Below are positions 1 through 7,934 of a DNA stretch of 16,368 nt, in pieces (the stretch's first letter is position 1; each line of letters begins with the position of its first letter). The position numbers were made by a program, and so were the translations under genes. The notes beneath the pieces are model-generated. The model ran no database searches. It worked only from the letters and a program-made list of their open reading frames with translations, and was not told the DNA's origin. The stretch is from Candidatus Zixiibacteriota bacterium (GTDB taxonomy: Bacteria; Zixibacteria; MSB-5A5; WJJR01): contig JAVHPP010000046.1 in the NCBI GenBank assembly GCA_036170655.1, positions 1 to 16,368 of the forward strand, written 5' to 3'.

Positions 1-545
1 ATGGCGAAGGTCACCCCGGTGGCTACAACAACAATCACCGAAGGATAGACCAGCGCGCCTCGGACTTTGCGCACGAGGGCATCGGCTTTTTCACGGTAGT
101 TGGCCAGACGCACCAGGATGGTATCGAGCGCGCCCCCGACTTCGCCGGCTTCGACCATATTGACGAACAAGTCGTCGAAGATCTTCTTGTGTTTGCCCAA
201 CCCTTCGGCCAGGGTGGAGCCAGAGGAGACAGATTCCTTGACTTGGGTGATGACACGGCGCATCTGTACCGATTCCATCTGCTTTGACAGAATGTCCAGA
301 CACTGGACCATGGGCAGTCCCGCGCCGATCATCGTCGCAAACTGACGCGTGAAACGGGAGATCTCGATTTTTGGAACTCCGGTCCCCAGATGAAACTTCA
401 ACTGCGACGGTTTCTTGGCGACGTTTGCGACCAGGATTTTCTTCCGGCGCAACAGACGTTCCAGCTCGGTGCGGCTCTTCGCGCGCAACTCACCGGCGAC
501 GGCCATCCCGGCCATGGTCTTTCCCTTGTATTCAAAGAGCGGCAC
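1..545 (-). CDS. pilC: Type IV pilus inner-membrane platform protein PilC (T2SS F family), N-terminal part; runs off the window edge
   Basis: Not in the ORF track because it has no stop in the window. Manual translation from GTG at 545 (SD GGAGG at 551-555, 1 nt after the pilT stop) gives MPLFEYKGKT...ISRFTRQFATMIGAGLPMVQCLDILSKQ...GSTLAEGLGKHKKIFDDLFVNMVEAGEVGGALDTILVRLANYREK...VRGALVYPSVIVVVA, typical of PilC/GspF. Confidence 0.95.
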   Translation of the reverse strand, partial: MPLFEYKGKTMAGMAVAGELRAKSRTELERLLRRKKILVANVAKKPSQLKFHLGTGVPKIEISRFTRQFATMIGAGLPMVQCLDILSKQMESVQMRRVITQVKESVSSGSTLAEGLGKHKKIFDDLFVNMVEAGEVGGALDTILVRLANYREKADALVRKVRGALVYPSVIVVVATGVTFA

Positions 546-546
546 G

Positions 547-1647
547 TCAACCTCCTGCACTGGCATGCTCGCGGGCGCCCGCGAGCACCTGATTTCTCTG
601 GATCATTTCGTTGAGTTCCTGCGGATTGGAAGAGCGGCCAACGGCATCGCCCATCGTGATCTTCCGCGTCAAATACAATTCGGCGAGGGATTGGTTCATC
701 GTCCGCATACCGAACTTCTGTCCCGCCTGGATGAGACTGTATATCTGATGGACCTTGTCGTCGCGGATGACGGCCCGGATCGCCGGTGTGCAGATCATCA
801 CTTCCATTGCCAGGACACGTCCGCCCCCAATCCGCGGAATCAGTTGCTGTGAAACAACCGCCTGGATCACAAAGGACAAAGTGACACGGATCTGCTCCTG
901 TTGATTGACCGGGAACACATCGATGATGCGATTGATCGATTCGGCGCAGGAGTTCGTGTGCAGTGTGGCAAAGGCGAGATGGCCGGTCTCGGAAATCCGC
1001 AGGGCGGCATCGACCGTCTCCAAATCGCGCATTTCACCGATCAGCACCACATCCGGGTCTTCGCGCAGGGCGTATTTCAGCGCCGAGGCGAACGACGGCG
1101 TATCCGAGTAGACTTCACGCTGGTTGACCAGCGAGAACTGATGCCGATGGAGATATTCGATCGGATCCTCAACGGTAATGATGTGACAATAAAGCTCGCG
1201 GTTGATCTTGTCGATCAGGGCCGCCAGCGTGGTCGTTTTCCCCGAACCCGTGGGACCCGTCACCAGGACGAGACCGCGCGGGAGGTTGGCGAGTTCGCTG
1301 ACAACACGCGGCACGCCCAGTTCCTCGAACGAGCTGATCTTGTACGGGATCTGGCGGATGGCTACGGCGACGTTGCCGCGTTGCATAAAGACATTGCAAC
1401 GGAACCGGCTCAGGGATTCGATACCAAACGAGAGATCGAGTTCCCAATTCTCTTCGAATTTCTTGCGCTGCTTTTCATTCATCACGCTGTAGGCGAGCTT
1501 CTTGGTCTGCTCCCCAGTCAGCGGTTCCATGTCGGTGCGCGTGAGGTGCCCATCAACCCGCAACTGGGGCGGGGACCCCACAGTCAGGTGGAGATCCGAC
1601 GCCTTGCGTTGATACATCAACTCGAGCAATTCTCGTAAGGTCACCAT
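547..1647 (-). CDS. pilT: Type IV pilus retraction ATPase PilT (366 aa)
   Basis: ASDLHLTVGSPP, Walker A GPTGSGKTT, TVEDPIEY, LREDPDVVLIGEMRD, TLHTNS, and an AIRNLIRE-like AIRAVIRD. Start placed at ATG 1647 (MVTLRELL); the 1884 start overlaps pilB and adds an implausible N-terminus. Confidence 0.96.
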   Translation of the reverse strand: MVTLRELLELMYQRKASDLHLTVGSPPQLRVDGHLTRTDMEPLTGEQTKKLAYSVMNEKQRKKFEENWELDLSFGIESLSRFRCNVFMQRGNVAVAIRQIPYKISSFEELGVPRVVSELANLPRGLVLVTGPTGSGKTTTLAALIDKINRELYCHIITVEDPIEYLHRHQFSLVNQREVYSDTPSFASALKYALREDPDVVLIGEMRDLETVDAALRISETGHLAFATLHTNSCAESINRIIDVFPVNQQEQIRVTLSFVIQAVVSQQLIPRIGGGRVLAMEVMICTPAIRAVIRDDKVHQIYSLIQAGQKFGMRTMNQSLAELYLTRKITMGDAVGRSSNPQELNEMIQRNQVLAGAREHASAGG

Positions 1648-1711
1648 GGGTGTCTTTTTCGCCTCTTGAACAGAACCTGCCGGACCAAATGATGCGCCGC
1701 CCTCTACTTGA

Positions 1712-1739
1712 TTATCGGACGCTAAGCGGCGCTGCTTGA
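1712..1739 (-). promoter_or_regulatory. Putative sigma-28-like promoter upstream of pilT (TCAA-N16-TCCGATAA)
   Basis: Minus strand reads TCAAGCAGCGCCGCTTAGCGTCCGATAA in the pilB-pilT gap; same geometry as the motifs at 7342-7369 and 9160-9187. Confidence 0.6.
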
Positions 1740-1750
1740 TGGAATCCGGA

Positions 1751-3442
1751 TCAGGTGGATTCGGCCAGAACCTGGTCGATTGGGATCTGCCCCAGTGACA
1801 TCTTCTCGATGGCCGCCTGCCGCAACGACTGCATCCCCTCGCTAACCGCCTGCTGGCGGAGTTCGTCAACAGACGCAGAGGCAAGAATCATGCGTTCGAT
1901 TGCCGGAGAGATCGGCATCACTTCGAAGATGCCCGTACGCCCGGAGAGCCCCGTGTGATTGCACTCGGGACATCCCGTGCCTTCAAAAATGTGCAGGTTC
2001 CCGGCGTCTTCCCGTGTCATCTGGAGCTTGGCCAGGTGCTCATCGCTCACCTCGATTTCGCGGCGGCAGTGAGCGCAGATCTTTCGCGTCATACGCTGTG
2101 CCATGATCAGTTTGGCTCCCGACGCAACCAGGTATGGGGGGATTCCCATATCGATCAGGCGGTTGACCGACGACGGCGCATCGTTGGTGTGCAACGTGGA
2201 GAAAACGAGGTGCCCGGTCAAAGCCGCGCGAATGGCGATTTCCGCCGTCTCCCCGTCACGAATCTCACCCACCATGATAATGTCCGGGTCCTGGCGCAAG
2301 AATGAACGCAGCGACGCTGCAAAGGTCAGTCCGATGTCAGTGCGGACCAGCACTTGATTGATCCCTTCGAAGTTGAACTCCACGGGATCTTCTGCGGTCA
2401 GGATATTGACTTCAGGGTCGTTGAGCGTCTTGAGGGCCGAGTAGAGCGTGGTGGTCTTTCCCGATCCTGTCGGTCCAGTCACGAGGATCATACCGTAGGG
2501 CAGGTTGATTGCCCGCTGAAAATTGTCGAGGGCCAGTTCGGGGAATCCCAGCTGGGTCAGATCCGCCATGAGCGATTGCGGATCGAGAATTCGCATAACC
2601 ACTTTTTCACCGAAGATCGTCGGGAGAACAGACACGCGAAGATCGACGGCACGATTGCCGAATTTGACTTTAATGCGGCCGTCCTGCGGCAGCCGCCGCT
2701 CCGAAATATCCAGGTCGGCCATGATCTTGACGCGCGAGACGATCGCGGCCCGGTACTTGAACGGCAGCGGTTCGGTCTCCTTCAAGACGCCGTCGATCCG
2801 GTAGCGGACGCGGATGCGTTTCTCGTAGGATTCGATGTGAATATCCGACGCGCCACGGCGGATGGCTTCGAGGATGATACCGTCCACAAGTTTAACCAGC
2901 GGCTTGTCCTGCACTTGCGAACGCAAGTCATTCTCGTTGACCGTTTCCTCGGTTTCAATGACCTCGAGTCCGCTTTCATCCTCCAATCCCTTGAGCAGAT
3001 CGCCGATGCCGCCGGTGTCCTTGTAGCACTGGTCGATCGTCCGCGCGATCGCCCGTTCGGGAGAGATGACCGGCTGGATGGTGCAGCCGGTAATGAATTT
3101 CAACGCGTCGAGGACATAGATGTTGTGGGGATCACTGATGGCCACAACCAGTGTTTTGTTCAGCTTGGAGATGGCGATGACATTGAAACGCCGGGCGATA
3201 TCCAACGGGATGAGCCTGACGATCTCGGGGTTGAGTTCGACGTCCGAGAGTCTCAGCGCCCCAATGTTGAGCTGACGGCCAATAAAGTGGGTGAGTTCGT
3301 CCTCATCGGCAACGGCCCCCATCCGCACGAGAATGTCGACAAACTTCTCATTGGTGGCTTTCTGCTTCTCGAGGGCCTGGGCCAGTTGATCAGCACTGAT
3401 CTTCCCTGCCTTGACCAGCATATGGCCGAGTTCTTGCGACAT
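1751..3442 (-). CDS. pilB: Type IV pilus extension ATPase PilB (563 aa)
   Basis: N-terminal GSPII_N/MshEN-like region, ASDIHIE, LDISERRLPQDGR, Walker A GPTGSGKTT, TAEDPVE, LRQDPDIIMVGEIRD, TLHTND, Zn-binding CAHC...CPEC. Confidence 0.96.
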   Translation of the reverse strand: MSQELGHMLVKAGKISADQLAQALEKQKATNEKFVDILVRMGAVADEDELTHFIGRQLNIGALRLSDVELNPEIVRLIPLDIARRFNVIAISKLNKTLVVAISDPHNIYVLDALKFITGCTIQPVISPERAIARTIDQCYKDTGGIGDLLKGLEDESGLEVIETEETVNENDLRSQVQDKPLVKLVDGIILEAIRRGASDIHIESYEKRIRVRYRIDGVLKETEPLPFKYRAAIVSRVKIMADLDISERRLPQDGRIKVKFGNRAVDLRVSVLPTIFGEKVVMRILDPQSLMADLTQLGFPELALDNFQRAINLPYGMILVTGPTGSGKTTTLYSALKTLNDPEVNILTAEDPVEFNFEGINQVLVRTDIGLTFAASLRSFLRQDPDIIMVGEIRDGETAEIAIRAALTGHLVFSTLHTNDAPSSVNRLIDMGIPPYLVASGAKLIMAQRMTRKICAHCRREIEVSDEHLAKLQMTREDAGNLHIFEGTGCPECNHTGLSGRTGIFEVMPISPAIERMILASASVDELRQQAVSEGMQSLRQAAIEKMSLGQIPIDQVLAEST

Positions 3443-3518
3443 GGCGTTTCTTCAGATGCGGGGCACACCGCCCACGGGATGGGAAAACCGGACGACCGGA
3501 GAGTTCCCGAAAAGCGAT

Positions 3519-3998
3519 CTACTCCTTGAATACATCGTCGATTTTTGACCCGGCGCTGCGGGCAAACTCCGGATCAATGGCTGGTTCTTCCTTGTTGTCA
3601 GATTCCGTCAGAATCTCCTTGAGGCGATCACCCGTCTCCTTGGCAAACAAGCGCACCATCCCAATCGTCGTGCGATCATCAAAGAGGACGGCGAGAATGC
3701 AGCGCTCCCCGACCAGCGAGACGTGGATGTGATCTTTCTTCCCCTGATGGAACAGCACGGAAAATTCCGGCTCACCAACCAGCCGGGCGATTTCTTTGGT
3801 CGAAGCGAAGCTTCCGGCCAGCAGCGCCGCCAGCGCGGTGGTGTCCAGGGTCTGCGTGAATCCCTGCCGTGTGATGAGATGGCCGTCCTTGTCCACCAGC
3901 AGCGCGCACTTGGCTTCCGCCTTTTTGATCATGCGCAACAGGGCGGCATTGATCTGGTTAACCTGTTCCTCGTAGACAACGAACGAATGTGACGACAT
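3519..3998 (-). CDS. mglB: MglB, roadblock/LC7-domain GTPase-activating protein of MglA (159 aa)
   Basis: LLVDKDGHLI, LDTTALAALLAGSFAST, GEPEFSVLFHQG, LAVLFDDRTTIGMVRL and C-terminal KIDDVFKE resemble Myxococcus MglB. Strong SD (GGAGGT) directly after the mglA stop. Confidence 0.92.
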   Translation of the reverse strand: MSSHSFVVYEEQVNQINAALLRMIKKAEAKCALLVDKDGHLITRQGFTQTLDTTALAALLAGSFASTKEIARLVGEPEFSVLFHQGKKDHIHVSLVGERCILAVLFDDRTTIGMVRLFAKETGDRLKEILTESDNKEEPAIDPEFARSAGSKIDDVFKE

Positions 3999-4009
3999 GA
4001 GTCACCTCC

Positions 4010-4954
4010 CTAACGGCCAGTCAACCACCCGAACAGGCGGTCCCAGAATGATCGTTGACGACTCCTGATCCGTCGGCTGGGCTGCCGTGCAAAGACAACG
4101 TCGCGCGGAATCGGAGTGGCACGATGTGCAATTCCTGTCTGTGTAATTTTGTTGCTGCTGATCAGCGCGTCGGCGCCCTGCCCAGAGGGCGGGGGCGGCT
4201 CTTCGACCGCAACGGCACTGCGGTTTGCCTGCGTCCATGATCCGCCGTTGGGTACTGTGGCAACGGTCTGCGCATACACCGGCTCGGCCCTCTGAGACGA
4301 GACATCCACCCGTTCGGGCATCGGAGCCGACGCGGCACCGATCTGGGGAACGCCATCGGGGGAAACCGCCGTTTCACGCTTCGTGTGTTCCAATACCAGC
4401 TTCGTGATCCGTTTGAGAGTGTCAAACACACCGGTCCCGTTGACTGCCGAGGCTTCGGTGCAGACCCAGCCTTCGGGATTCAACGCCTTCTGCAGTTCAT
4501 CAATGGAACAGATGTCGGGCAGATCTCTTTTGTTGTATTGAATGACGACCGGAATTTCAGAGAGATCGATGCCGTTTTCCCGCAGGTTCTCGTACATGTT
4601 GGTCAGCGATTCGATGTTTTCATCCATCTTTGCCTTCTGCGAGTCGGCGACAAAGACAATCCCGTCCACGCCTCGGAGCACGAGTTTGCGTGTGGCGTTG
4701 TAGAAGACTTGTCCCGGGACGGTGTACAATTGGAACTTGGTGGCGAACCCGGCGATATCTCCCACGTGGATCGGCAGGAAGTCGAAATACAAGGTCCGGT
4801 CGGCCTCGGTCGCCAGGCTGATCAGATCACCCCGCGATTTCGAGGGGATTCGGTCATGGACGTACTGAAGGTTGGTCGTCTTGCCCGACAACCCGGGACC
4901 GTAGTACACGATCTTGCAGCTAATCTCGCGAAATGCGTAGTTGATCGTTACCAT
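4010..4954 (-). CDS. mglA: MglA-family small Ras-like GTPase with C-terminal extension (314 aa)
   Basis: INYAFREISCKIVYYGPGLSGKTTNL (G1), TEADRTLYFDFLP (switch I with intrinsic Arg), TVPGQVFY (G3, catalytic Gln), QYNKRD (G4). Start placed at ATG 4954 (MVTINY). Confidence 0.95.
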   Translation of the reverse strand: MVTINYAFREISCKIVYYGPGLSGKTTNLQYVHDRIPSKSRGDLISLATEADRTLYFDFLPIHVGDIAGFATKFQLYTVPGQVFYNATRKLVLRGVDGIVFVADSQKAKMDENIESLTNMYENLRENGIDLSEIPVVIQYNKRDLPDICSIDELQKALNPEGWVCTEASAVNGTGVFDTLKRITKLVLEHTKRETAVSPDGVPQIGAASAPMPERVDVSSQRAEPVYAQTVATVPNGGSWTQANRSAVAVEEPPPPSGQGADALISSNKITQTGIAHRATPIPRDVVFARQPSRRIRSRQRSFWDRLFGWLTGR

Positions 4955-4996
4955 TCGTCGCCTTTGCCCTGCGGGCACAGCCCGCCGCACGGTCCG

Positions 4997-5335
4997 TCAG
5001 ATGTTGCGCAGCTCGTTGATTGCGTTTCGGATTTCGAGTCGCACGAGGCCGATATTGACACGAGAGTCGGTGGTCACCACCAGTGTTCCGATGCCGGCAT
5101 CGGCCAGGAACATTTTCCGGTTGTCTGCCTCCACGGTGATTTGAGAGAAATCACCACTGCCCATGTTGTCAAGTGACCGGCGGACGGTCGCCACAATGGA
5201 TGAGGCCAGCGCCCCGACGGTGTCATCTTCGACCTGACTGTTGAGATCGGCGGCGATCACGATGCCGTCGGCGCCGACAACCATGCTGCCGGTCACACCG
5301 TTGGTCTTGTTCAACTGCGTGAGAACGTCATACAT
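4997..5335 (-). CDS. Stand-alone roadblock/LC7 domain protein (MglB/MglC-like paralogue, 112 aa)
   Basis: GVTGSMVVGADGIVIAA...VGALASSI...LVVTTDSRVNIGLVRLEI. ATG at 5335 with SD GGAGG at 5342-5346, overlapping the upstream stop (ATGTATGA). Confidence 0.88.
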   Translation of the reverse strand: MYDVLTQLNKTNGVTGSMVVGADGIVIAADLNSQVEDDTVGALASSIVATVRRSLDNMGSGDFSQITVEADNRKMFLADAGIGTLVVTTDSRVNIGLVRLEIRNAINELRNI

Positions 5336-6275
5336 ATCGAGCCTCCTGCAGTCCCGTGGACTGGACACAGCGTTCTTGAAGATGCTTCAGAATCATGTCA
5401 CGTGATTGCGACAGCCGCAGACCGATCAAATCGTCGGCGTCCCGGTTGGTCAAGACACCAAGCCAGAGTTCTCCAACCGCCTCCAGGATAATCCGGCCGG
5501 CATCGGTACGAACTTCGACGCGCTGGGGGGTGACTTCCCCCGCCGCGGAGAGACATCGGCGATTGAATTCAACGATCTCAATCGAAATTGGCGCCCAGAA
5601 ATCGACACTGCCGGTGTATTCCTGTCGCTGCCACACCGCCAGTGGCAACCCTTCGGCATCGACCAGCCAGGAAATCCGCACACCGTCATAAGCGCCAACG
5701 TACGCGAGAGCGTTGTCGAACGTCAGGTGCGAACGGTGCAACAAAGATCGCGTGTCTGTCCCCGACCCGAAGGATTTCGACAGATCTCCTCCGGCCATTC
5801 TGGGAACATGAACCGGATGGGAGGGACGAAACCCTGCGATCCGCGGCCGCGGAAGATCAGCGCCCCAAAGGCTCTTCAGCAGAACACGGATGACAAATGG
5901 CGCGGCCGCCACCTGCAGGATCAGCAATGGTGGGAACGACCACAGGGCAAATTTCACAGACGAAACCCACGACAAATCGTGGCCGGCCGCCAGGAGAGAA
6001 CCGGAGGCGACACCGCACAGATAACGATAGGCCAAGGTGAATACGGCCGCCGCCATACGTTTGGAGACGGTCAGCCACGAAGCAAGCGGGATCAGCAAAA
6101 CGAAGTACAAAGCGCATTCGATCAGAACCATCACGGGCCGATAGCGGAACGGCATCAAGCCGGCAGCGCCGGGGTAAAACAGCAACGGGATGACGGCCAA
6201 GGCCCCCGTCCAGAGAATCATCTGCCGGATGGTGACGGAGGAACTGGTCGATCCATGTCTGTCAGCGAGAGGCAT
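5328..6275 (-). CDS. Membrane protein: about 4 N-terminal TM helices plus C-terminal roadblock/LC7-like domain (315 aa)
   Basis: Hydrophobic segments in aa ~19-135, then a Pro/Gly linker. aa ~184-300 (GVRISWLVDAEGLPLA...VEVRTDAGRIILE...LWLGVLTNRDADDLIGLRL) follow the roadblock pattern. SD AAGGGA. Confidence 0.75.
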   Translation of the reverse strand: MPLADRHGSTSSSVTIRQMILWTGALAVIPLLFYPGAAGLMPFRYRPVMVLIECALYFVLLIPLASWLTVSKRMAAAVFTLAYRYLCGVASGSLLAAGHDLSWVSSVKFALWSFPPLLILQVAAAPFVIRVLLKSLWGADLPRPRIAGFRPSHPVHVPRMAGGDLSKSFGSGTDTRSLLHRSHLTFDNALAYVGAYDGVRISWLVDAEGLPLAVWQRQEYTGSVDFWAPISIEIVEFNRRCLSAAGEVTPQRVEVRTDAGRIILEAVGELWLGVLTNRDADDLIGLRLSQSRDMILKHLQERCVQSTGLQEARYV

Positions 6276-6313
6276 TGCGTATCCCTTTCCACATCTCGGT
6301 CGGTTGCCGGCCG

Positions 6314-7258
6314 TTAGACATCCATCGGCAAATCAGCCGGCGCTGTACCGTCGTCGTGGGTCGCTTGCATTCCCTTCGACGGCGACGTGACTTCGCCGTA
6401 CGAAGGAGGAGAATTCACACGTTTCGCCATATCGACGCCACGCTGGCGTATGGCCCCGAACGACATTAGACGAAGGCCAACCAAGCCAAAGGCCAAGTCG
6501 CCGTTCTTCCTCGCCCATATCTCGGAGCTGGCTGTTTCAATGTGAACTTCCTGGAGAGGACTCCATGCGTGGTGGCACAAGAGCTCATCAATGACCTGCG
6601 CCAGTGAACGAACAGAGCCTGCCCGACCCTCTGTCTCTGCGGATCGTGGGTGGACCGACACAAGCTGATCAACCCGGTCGTACACAAAAGCCGCCTCGAC
6701 GCCGCGCAAATTCCCGATCGCGCTGGCCCACTCTTCCCAACCGATCGGATCAGGCGTGTTGCGCATCTCCGGGGCGGGATGGTGTTCCCCGTCGGAGTCG
6801 GTTGCCGGCGAGGGCAGTACACCTTGGCCCGGTTTGGCCGCGCCCAATTGCTTCACCTGCTCCACCAGTTCGGCGAGTCCCGGGTTCCCCGGATCGGAGA
6901 TCCTCAGCCGATCGATTACGGCCTGGGCGGCTTTGCTGTCTCCAGTGGCGATCTGGATCTCTGCTTCCAACAGATCAGTCGTGCGTGTCTGTCCATCCAG
7001 CTCGATGGCACGACGTAACGCACCCAATGCGTCTCCGAGCATTCGCTGATACAAGTAGAGTTTTGCCAGAACGACGTGCGCTGGCGCGTAGTCAGGATGG
7101 TGCTTCAGGCCGCTTTTGCACACCGAAAAGGCCCGCCCGAATTCACCCCGACGACGGTATGCTTCGGCAAGCGCCGCAAACACCTGCGAATGAGGATTGT
7201 CGGCCAGGATGGCCAGACACCGGTCGATTCGCTCGTCAAGCTCGGCAACGTTAATCAT
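6314..7258 (-). CDS. TPR-repeat protein with probable C-terminal divergent roadblock domain (314 aa)
   Basis: TPR-like helices (FAALAEAYRRRGEFGRA...HPDYAPAHVVLAKLY...ALRRAIELD), a Pro-rich linker, then GVEAAFVYD...LQEVHIET...LAFGLVG...FGAIR. Start placed at ATG 7258 (SD AAGG); TTG at 7288 is an alternative. Confidence 0.75.
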   Translation of the reverse strand: MINVAELDERIDRCLAILADNPHSQVFAALAEAYRRRGEFGRAFSVCKSGLKHHPDYAPAHVVLAKLYLYQRMLGDALGALRRAIELDGQTRTTDLLEAEIQIATGDSKAAQAVIDRLRISDPGNPGLAELVEQVKQLGAAKPGQGVLPSPATDSDGEHHPAPEMRNTPDPIGWEEWASAIGNLRGVEAAFVYDRVDQLVSVHPRSAETEGRAGSVRSLAQVIDELLCHHAWSPLQEVHIETASSEIWARKNGDLAFGLVGLRLMSFGAIRQRGVDMAKRVNSPPSYGEVTSPSKGMQATHDDGTAPADLPMDV

Positions 7259-7341
7259 AAGTGACCTTGAAAATGCAGACTCAGGCAACAGCCCCGGTGC
7301 CCGCCTGCACGGCAGGGGCTATCTCCATGCCACATTTGTTG

Positions 7342-7369
7342 ATATCGACGCCACACCGGGGTAACTTTA
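7342..7369 (-). promoter_or_regulatory. Putative sigma-28-like promoter upstream of the TPR/roadblock-mglA-mglB-pilB operon (TAAA-N16-GTCGATAT)
   Basis: Minus strand reads TAAAGTTACCCCGGTGTGGCGTCGATAT, resembling FliA TAAAGTTT / GCCGATAA. Confidence 0.6.
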
Positions 7370-7540
7370 TCCTTTACGGAAAACAACCTTTTGGCGCGAT
7401 CCGGACTCCTTAAGGGAATGCCAAGTTTGCTCCGGTCTCAATGTCGCCCTGCAGTGTCCATCACTGCTGAAGGATCGCACTCGATCTCGGGTCGCCTTAG
7501 TTGCGATTTGCGTCGAAGAGAGGTGATGCCCGCGGTGGGG

Positions 7541-7930
7541 TTAGACTAACAGCTTTCGGATGCGACCGACACCGAGCAGCACAAAGACCAAGGCGACAAC
7601 TCGGAGGGCGTCAACCCAAGTGACCGAGATTGGCGCCACCCCCATCTGGGAGGTCACCAAGAGCAACTGCGCGAAACCGAGCAGTCCGAAGCCGCTCACA
7701 AGCCAGAACCAGCCACGGGCGATTTTCCCCCCGCGCATGGCTACATAAATCTTAAGAGCCGTATAGAGACAGGCGATGACGACCAGCAGCAGGAGCACGC
7801 CGATGAGCACAGACCCAATAGGAATTCCCAACGTGTCGGCCCCAGCCACATGCACGTCGGACGGCCGCACCGCTGACTGTACCCCCAGTGCGATGGCGCT
7901 GTTCGCGCTGATCACGCCATCCCATTTCAT
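7541..7930 (-). CDS. Small hypothetical membrane protein (about 3 TM helices, 129 aa)
   Basis: Three hydrophobic stretches; starts 4 nt after the stop of the DUF4388 gene, so probably co-transcribed. Confidence 0.7.
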   Translation of the reverse strand: MKWDGVISANSAIALGVQSAVRPSDVHVAGADTLGIPIGSVLIGVLLLLVVIACLYTALKIYVAMRGGKIARGWFWLVSGFGLLGFAQLLLVTSQMGVAPISVTWVDALRVVALVFVLLGVGRIRKLLV

Positions 7931-7934
7931 TGTC

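Noticed and set aside
1648..1884. 79-aa N-terminal extension of PilT in the ORF track
   Set aside because: It overlaps the pilB 3' end and the putative promoter; PilT homology begins at ATG 1647.
3480..3507. Imperfect hairpin between mglB and pilB
   Set aside because: Bulged stem with no U-tract after it; cannot be called a terminator.
415..6317. Long plus-strand ORFs (e.g. 901-1638, 2354-3529, 4385-5176, 5406-6317)
   Set aside because: Antisense shadows of well-supported minus-strand genes, expected in GC-rich DNA; no recognisable motifs.
7290..7320. GC-rich imperfect inverted repeat (AGCCCC...GGGGCT) in the leader of the TPR gene
   Set aside because: Such stems are common at this GC content; no U-tract and no recognisable RNA family.
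7420..7520. Possible c-di-GMP-I riboswitch (GACGCAAA and GCAAAC words on the minus strand) and the palindrome GCAGTG-N5-CACTGC at 7451-7467
   Set aside because: The two words are in the wrong order for the GEMM motif, no GNRA-capped stem lies between them, and the region is upstream of the predicted promoter. An Rfam cmscan would settle it.
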